A stretch of 55,309 bases of DNA from an uncultured Actinomycetota bacterium. GTDB taxonomy: Bacteria; Actinomycetota; Humimicrobiia; Humimicrobiales; Humimicrobiaceae. Positions 49,874 to 55,309 of this stretch are shown here, piece by piece. The stretch covers positions 1 to 55,309 of the forward strand of contig CAYREF010000007.1 of assembly GCA_964423265.1 (NCBI GenBank), written 5' to 3'. Position 1 is the first letter of the stretch; every line of letters starts with the position of its first letter. The position numbers and the translations under genes are program-made. Below the pieces are notes generated by a model. It had not been told where the DNA came from. It made no database searches and saw nothing but the letters and a program-made list of their open reading frames with translations.

Positions 49874-50764
49874 TTACTCCCGTGGATGGTATTTAAAATA
49901 GGTTTCCCTTAAATGATTTTTAGTTACCGTAGTATATATTTCAGTGGTAGAAATATTGCTATGCCCCAACAGTTCCTGGACAATCCTTAAATCCGCTCCC
50001 CTTTCCAGCATATGGGTAGCAAAGCTATGCCTGAATATATGTGGGTATAATGGTTTATCCAGCCCCAATTTTTTAGCATATTTTTTCATAATCTTCCAGA
50101 AACCCTGTCTGCTCAGCTTCTTTCCGTTTTTATTGAGAAAAATATATTCAGACCGTGCCTTCTCAATTTTATGTCTGACTTCAAATATGTATTTTTTCAT
50201 GAAGGTCAACGCCTTTTCTCCAACCGGGCAAATCCTTTCCCTGCCACCCTTACCCACAAAAAAAATTATTCCCTCATTTAAATCAATATTTTCCTGTTTT
50301 AAATTAACGATTTCACTAACCCTGAGACCACAGGAGTATAATAATTCAAACATTGCCTTATCCCTCCTCTCTAATTTTGAAGAGGTGGGAATGCTTTCTA
50401 AAAATTTACTAACCTCATCAACGGTTAACACATTTACCAGCCTTCTTGGGGTTTTAGGGTTGCTTACATGCAAAAATGGATTTTTGTCTATTATTTCTTC
50501 TGTAATTAAAAATTTATAGTAATTTCTCAGAGAAGATAATACCCTGGAAACTGACTTACTGCTCTGTGTTTTATAAAGGTTCTGTAAAAACTTTACAATA
50601 TTTTCTTTATTTATATTCTTATAGTTTAGTCCTTCATTTTTTAGAAAATTCCTATACTTATCTAAATCTCTGCTATAAGAATCAATGGTATTTTTGGATA
50701 GCAGTCGCTCAAACCTTAAATAATCCAAAAAACTTTTTCTTGTTTTCTCAAAATTATTTGTCAT
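49874..50764 (-). CDS. xerD: Site-specific tyrosine recombinase XerD
   Basis: RDKAMFELLY.CGLRVSE, GKG..ER, HIFRHSFATH, LLGH and TT.IY; follows nudF. Start placed at ATG 50764. Confidence 0.92.
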   Translation of the reverse strand: MTNNFEKTRKSFLDYLRFERLLSKNTIDSYSRDLDKYRNFLKNEGLNYKNINKENIVKFLQNLYKTQSSKSVSRVLSSLRNYYKFLITEEIIDKNPFLHVSNPKTPRRLVNVLTVDEVSKFLESIPTSSKLERRDKAMFELLYSCGLRVSEIVNLKQENIDLNEGIIFFVGKGGRERICPVGEKALTFMKKYIFEVRHKIEKARSEYIFLNKNGKKLSRQGFWKIMKKYAKKLGLDKPLYPHIFRHSFATHMLERGADLRIVQELLGHSNISTTEIYTTVTKNHLRETYFKYHPRE

Positions 50765-51302
50765 TAAAATAATCTCTTGCCAGCTTAATCCCAATTATTG
50801 TCTTTGCATCCTGTATTTCCCCGCTTCTAATCATTTCATTAGCATGGCTTAATGTAAATTTTTTTATTTTTAAAAATTCATCTTCATCCAAATTATTATC
50901 TTTGATTTGAAAATTAACAGCCAAAAACAATACTAGCAATTCATTGCTGAATCCAGGTGTGGTATAAAAGGATGCCAATTTTATTATATCACCGCTCTCG
51001 GCCCCAACCTCTTCCTTTAATTCTCTTGATGCACATCTTTTTGGGTCTTCACCCTTATCCAATTTCCCTGCCGGTATCTCTAAAAGAATCTTGTTGGGAG
51101 GATACCTGAATTGTTTTACCAAAATTACCTCTCTCTGCCGGTTTACAGGGACAATACCCACTGCGCCCGGGTGGACAACTTTTTCCCTGGTAGAAATATT
51201 ATTATTGGGCAGCCTTACTTTATCAAGATAAAGTCCCAAAATTTTTCCCTTAAAAATTTCCCTTGATTCAATTTGTTCTTCAAATAACTCTTCATCCATC
51301 AT
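50754..51302 (-). CDS. nudF: ADP-ribose pyrophosphatase (NUDIX)
   Basis: HPGAV, QFRYP, EIPAG, Nudix box RELKEEVG, PGFSNE and DAKT. Confidence 0.9.
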   Translation of the reverse strand: MMDEELFEEQIESREIFKGKILGLYLDKVRLPNNNISTREKVVHPGAVGIVPVNRQREVILVKQFRYPPNKILLEIPAGKLDKGEDPKRCASRELKEEVGAESGDIIKLASFYTTPGFSNELLVLFLAVNFQIKDNNLDEDEFLKIKKFTLSHANEMIRSGEIQDAKTIIGIKLARDYFNDK

Positions 51303-51313
51303 AAACCTTTCCC

Positions 51314-52441
51314 CTAAGCTCCGCTATATTTACAAATTTGTATAATTAGTTTCGCAAGCAATTCTACCTGACCAACTTTTACATATTCATCTGCAGTATG
51401 AACTTTTTCCATTCCTGCTGTCAAATTTATGGCTTGCTTCTGTATAGAGTTAAATATATTAACATCACTGCCTCCGCCAGTTTCTTTAAGGACAGGCTTT
51501 ATTCCCAAAGAACTTATTGCTTTTTGGGCAATCTTTACCGGCCACTGATTTTCTGAAATTTCAAAACCATCATACTCCCTTAATAAATTATATTTTATAT
51601 CTCCACCGAATTTATCCTTAATTTTATCTACCCTTTCCAGCATTTTGCCAGTAATATCTTTTAGTTTGCCTAAATCCCTGCTTCTTATTTCCATTTCTAT
51701 TTCAGTTTTTTCAGGAACAATATTTTTTGCCACTCCGCCGTTTATTGTTCCCACATTGGTAGTAGTTTCAAAATCAATTCTTCCAAATTCCAGTCCAGAA
51801 ATATAATCTGATGCCATCTGAATTGAATTGATACCCTCCTCTGGCTCAATTCCTGCATGGGCCGCCTTACCCTTGAAAACCATTTTAATAGTGTTTTGGT
51901 AAGGAGCTTTATTTATGATTGTACCTACATCACCATCCGCATCAAAAGTAAATCCTGCATGAGCTTTTACATCCTCGGCCTTTATGTGCTTGGCTCCAAA
52001 TATTCCAATTTCTTCAGATATCGTAAATACAACATAAATGTCAGGGGTGCTTATATTTTTATCCTTAATAACCTTTAAAGCCTCTAAGATAGCCGCTACA
52101 GCTACCTTATCATCTCCCCCTAATATGCAGTCCTTATTTTTATTTATTATCTTGCCATCTATAATTTCGGGTACCACATCTCCCTTTAGCTTTACAGTGT
52201 CAACATGGGCATTTAAAAATATGGGTTGGGAATCCCGTTTATTTTTATTCTTAAACAATGCAATTATATTGCCGCTATTGCTGCCAAAATGTTTTCCGGC
52301 ATCATCTATTTTTACCACCAGGCCAATTTCTTCAAGCTTCCCTTTTATGTAATCTACTATTTCCTTTTCTTCTTTTGAAGGGCTCTTGATTTTGAGTAGC
52401 TCAAAAAAAGTTTTTAATAGCCTTTCCTTATTTATTTCCAT
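51314..52441 (-). CDS. M20 family metallopeptidase (peptidase T-like, YqjE type)
   Basis: AHVDTV, LGGDDK, SEE.G, AHAG..PE.G, GGGSD and HT.DE. Confidence 0.9.
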   Translation of the reverse strand: MEINKERLLKTFFELLKIKSPSKEEKEIVDYIKGKLEEIGLVVKIDDAGKHFGSNSGNIIALFKNKNKRDSQPIFLNAHVDTVKLKGDVVPEIIDGKIINKNKDCILGGDDKVAVAAILEALKVIKDKNISTPDIYVVFTISEEIGIFGAKHIKAEDVKAHAGFTFDADGDVGTIINKAPYQNTIKMVFKGKAAHAGIEPEEGINSIQMASDYISGLEFGRIDFETTTNVGTINGGVAKNIVPEKTEIEMEIRSRDLGKLKDITGKMLERVDKIKDKFGGDIKYNLLREYDGFEISENQWPVKIAQKAISSLGIKPVLKETGGGSDVNIFNSIQKQAINLTAGMEKVHTADEYVKVGQVELLAKLIIQICKYSGA

Positions 52442-53111
52442 ATATGCCTTTCGAATAATAAAATGATAAAATTCCTGCTGCCAATGCTATAACTGATAAA
52501 ATTCCTGAACTTGCCGCTAACTTAAAAAAGTATCCGTAAAAAAATCCTATTGGAAACAGGGTAATGATTAAAGAGCTAGGGGAAAAAATATAATTACCTT
52601 GGGGAAAAAACACTTTGTGGAAATCCTCAAAAAAAGACCAGAAATCCAAACTTCCCAATACAACCAATAACAACAACACCAATATAACTATCGAAGATGA
52701 ATAAATTAAAGGAAGGCTGAACCTCCTTAAAAACTCTTTTAGACTTTCCCCTGCCATTAATACCGAAAACAAAATAAAAAACACTATAGAAGAATAAAAT
52801 ACAGCCATCAATATATTGGTTAAGTTCCTTACGTCTTTTAAATGGCTGATTTCTGCAGCAGTAAAGGAAGGTGTATCACCCCGGGGGTATATGTCCTTTA
52901 TCTCCTGGTTATTATTAAAAAAACCAATCAGGTTTTCGGTTATATTTATCAATTCTTCCCTTTCGAAATGTTGCACCACTCCATTTTCCCGGTAAAGCCC
53001 CATATAATTTTCCAAGTTGAAAAGAAAGAAAGACAGTGGCGCCAGCAGAATAATAAATAATAGGCAAATAGTATTGGTTATAATTAATGCTTTCTTTATC
53101 TTGTCCTCCAT
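52428..53111 (-). CDS. TIGR01906/DUF1461 membrane protein (lipoprotein intramolecular transacylase Lit-like)
   Basis: Four TM segments with E..HL.DVR.L, F..FH.VFF..GN..F and L..LFP..FF. Confidence 0.78.
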   Translation of the reverse strand: MEDKIKKALIITNTICLLFIILLAPLSFFLFNLENYMGLYRENGVVQHFEREELINITENLIGFFNNNQEIKDIYPRGDTPSFTAAEISHLKDVRNLTNILMAVFYSSIVFFILFSVLMAGESLKEFLRRFSLPLIYSSSIVILVLLLLVVLGSLDFWSFFEDFHKVFFPQGNYIFSPSSLIITLFPIGFFYGYFFKLAASSGILSVIALAAGILSFYYSKGIYGNK

Positions 53112-54724
53112 TATTTATTTTTAGAATATTTGATGGCAGCAGCAATAAATTCCCTAAACAAGGGGTGCGGCAGTTCCGGCCTGGACTTAAATTCAGGATG
53201 GAATTGCACGGCTAAAAACCAAGGATGATTTTTCACTTCAATAATCTCAGCTAGATTTTTATCAGGATATACTCCAGTTACAAGCATGCCTGCTTCCTCC
53301 AACCGCTTCCTGTATGTATTGTTAAGCTCATATCTATGCCTATGCCTCTCATATACCAAATCTTTCTTATAAGCTTTATAAGCTAGGGAACCTTTCTTTA
53401 GCCTGCAGGGGTATTTTCCCAGTCTCATAGTCCCACCCTTCTCACCAATATTTTTTTGCTCAGCCATAAGGTCAATTACAGGATCTTTGGTATTTGGATC
53501 AAATTCCGAACTATTGGCATTCTTAAGGCCCAGAACATTCCGGGCAAATTCAGTTACCGCACATTGCATGCCCAGGCATATCCCCAGATATGGAACCTTG
53601 CTTTCCCTTGCACATCTGATTGCATTAATTTTCCCGTCAGTTCCCCTAACGCCAAATCCCCCCGGAACTAGAATTCCGCCTACATTATCAAGATTTTTGC
53701 TGCATTCGCCGGATTTCTCCAGCCCTTCGGAATTAATCCATTTTATTTCTATATTTTTCTTAAAATAATAACCTGCATGGTTCAAAGCTTCCACAATACT
53801 TATATATGCATCCTTCAAATTGGTATATTTGCCCACCATTCCAATTCTTATCACTCCATCAAAATTATGTATGCATTTTATGACTTTCTTCCAGCTTCTT
53901 AAATCAGACGGCCTTCTCTTTAAGCCTAGTTTAGAAATAACTATGGTATCAAGCTTTTCCTCCTGTAGCATAAGGGGCACTTCATACAGATGCTTAACAT
54001 CTACAGCATTTATAGTTGCTTCTTTTTCAATGTCGCAAAACAGCCCTATTTTTGCCTTTAGGTCATCGGTAAGCTTTATCTCGCTCCTGCATATAATTAT
54101 GTCCGGTTGAATTCCAATACTCCTGAGCTCTTTTACGCTATGCTGGGTGGGTTTTGTCTTTAACTCTTCAGTGGTTTTTAGGTACGGTACGTAGGTAGCG
54201 TGTATGTATAAAACATTTTCCCTGCCCACATCTTTTTTAATCTGCCTTATTGCTTCTAAAAAAGGTAAGCCCTCAATATCCCCTACTGTTCCTCCAATTT
54301 CAGTTATAACGATATCTACTTTTTTTGTCTCCAGGGTTTTTACCACGCTTTTTTTAATTTCATCGGTTATATGGGGTATTACCTGGACAGTAGAACCAAG
54401 GTATTTACCCTTCCTTTCATTATCTATAACCGTTTTATAAATTTTGCCTGAAGTAAAATTATTGTATTTTGATAACTCTTCATCAATAAACCGCTCGTAA
54501 TGTCCCAAATCAAGGTCCGTTTCGCCTCCATCTTCAGTAACAAAAACTTCTCCATGCTGAATAGGGTTCATGGTACCTGGGTCTATATTGATATAAGGGT
54601 CAAACTTTTGAATAGTTACGCTATAACCCCTGGATTTTAGCAGCTTGCCTAAAGATGCTGCGCATATTCCTTTCCCCAGAGATGACAGCACTCCACCAGT
54701 GACAAATATAAATTTTGTATTCAC
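53111..54724 (-). CDS. pyrG: CTP synthase
   Basis: [51 protein letters not shown] and QFHPEF. Confidence 0.98.
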   Translation of the reverse strand: MNTKFIFVTGGVLSSLGKGICAASLGKLLKSRGYSVTIQKFDPYINIDPGTMNPIQHGEVFVTEDGGETDLDLGHYERFIDEELSKYNNFTSGKIYKTVIDNERKGKYLGSTVQVIPHITDEIKKSVVKTLETKKVDIVITEIGGTVGDIEGLPFLEAIRQIKKDVGRENVLYIHATYVPYLKTTEELKTKPTQHSVKELRSIGIQPDIIICRSEIKLTDDLKAKIGLFCDIEKEATINAVDVKHLYEVPLMLQEEKLDTIVISKLGLKRRPSDLRSWKKVIKCIHNFDGVIRIGMVGKYTNLKDAYISIVEALNHAGYYFKKNIEIKWINSEGLEKSGECSKNLDNVGGILVPGGFGVRGTDGKINAIRCARESKVPYLGICLGMQCAVTEFARNVLGLKNANSSEFDPNTKDPVIDLMAEQKNIGEKGGTMRLGKYPCRLKKGSLAYKAYKKDLVYERHRHRYELNNTYRKRLEEAGMLVTGVYPDKNLAEIIEVKNHPWFLAVQFHPEFKSRPELPHPLFREFIAAAIKYSKNK

Positions 54725-55308
54725 TTTAATTCATCCTTCTTTTGTTGGCATTTCTTGATTAATTCTTTTGCGTGCTTTAAGGAAATCTCATTATTGCCCA
54801 TACCGCTTAGCATCCTGGCAACTTCATAATCTCTGCTCTCTCCACCAAGCTCTTTTACCCTTATTTTTGTCCTGCCCCCCTCTGCATATTTCTCAATAAA
54901 ATAATGAGAGTCCGCAAAACTGGCTATCTGGGCTAAATGGGTTATACATATAACCTGGTGACTTTTGCCAATTTTGTATAACTTCTCACCCACAATCACT
55001 GAAGTAGAGCCCCCAATTCCGGTATCTATTTCATCAAAAATCATGGTGGATATAAAATCTGTTGTCCCTATTATTGACTTTAACGCAAGCATAATCCTTG
55101 AAACTTCACCGCCCGAAGCAATTTTTTTAAGGGGTTTGACCTCCTCGCCAATATTTAAAGATATTAAGAATTCAATATTATCTACGCCTTCCCTGGTCAA
55201 TTTTGCTTTCTTGCCATTTAATCTTATTCCATCCCTGCTTTCTAAAATATTGTGGCTAACCCTGAAATTTATATCCTTAAAATTTAGGTCCTTGAGTTCA
55301 TCTGTTAT
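54721..55308 (-). CDS. recN: DNA repair protein RecN (3' part; 5' end lies beyond the window)
   Basis: [28 protein letters not shown] and [12 protein letters not shown]; the frame stays open to the window edge. Confidence 0.95.
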   Translation of the reverse strand: MTDELKDLNFKDINFRVSHNILESRDGIRLNGKKAKLTREGVDNIEFLISLNIGEEVKPLKKIASGGEVSRIMLALKSIIGTTDFISTMIFDEIDTGIGGSTSVIVGEKLYKIGKSHQVICITHLAQIASFADSHYFIEKYAEGGRTKIRVKELGGESRDYEVARMLSGMGNNEISLKHAKELIKKCQQKKDELK

Positions 55309-55309
55309 G

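Noticed and set aside
49874-50764. Tyrosine recombinase as an island or phage integrase
   Set aside because: Size, sequence and nudF-xerD-scpAB context match housekeeping XerD.

Overview
AT-rich bacterial chromosome window, almost entirely coded on the minus strand, with no CRISPR array, prophage or IS element that I can see. There are four blocks. (1) About 0.1-12 kb is a sugar-catabolic locus, in transcription order: LacI, FadR/GntR, ABC permease, binding lipoprotein, ATPase, W/Mo aldehyde:ferredoxin oxidoreductase, two UroD/MtaA-family proteins, L-fucose isomerase and a frameshifted gene remnant. (2) About 12-27.4 kb is housekeeping: tyrA-aroA-cmk-plsC-ispH-DUF512-der-gpsA-tRNA-Pro(GGG)-PGM-FHA-MerR-dac-DUF3048-hpt-BFN nuclease-PD-(D/E)XK-like-cysE-like. 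(3) About 27.5-46 kb is an accessory-looking block between rluB and tyrA: a candidate stand-alone structured small RNA, a YyaL-like protein, CopB, a class II photolyase, a LonC-type protease, a GH99-like protein, a double Zn-ribbon membrane protein, an MrfA/MrfB-like helicase-exonuclease pair, rpiB-gnd-tkt-tal and DegV. (4) About 46-55.3 kb is housekeeping: recN(partial)-pyrG-Lit-like-M20 peptidase-nudF-xerD-M50 protease-trpS-scpA-scpB-rluB. Gene order and the FHA-MerR-BFN set suggest a low-GC, probably anaerobic, deep-branching Actinomycetota lineage (inference). The best candidates for undescribed biology are the fucI + two UroD-like + AOR + ABC operon (possible O-methyl-sugar/deoxysugar pathway) and the unannotated promoter-to-terminator RNA at about 27.5-27.7 kb. 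All calls come from motif recognition by eye; no database searches were run.
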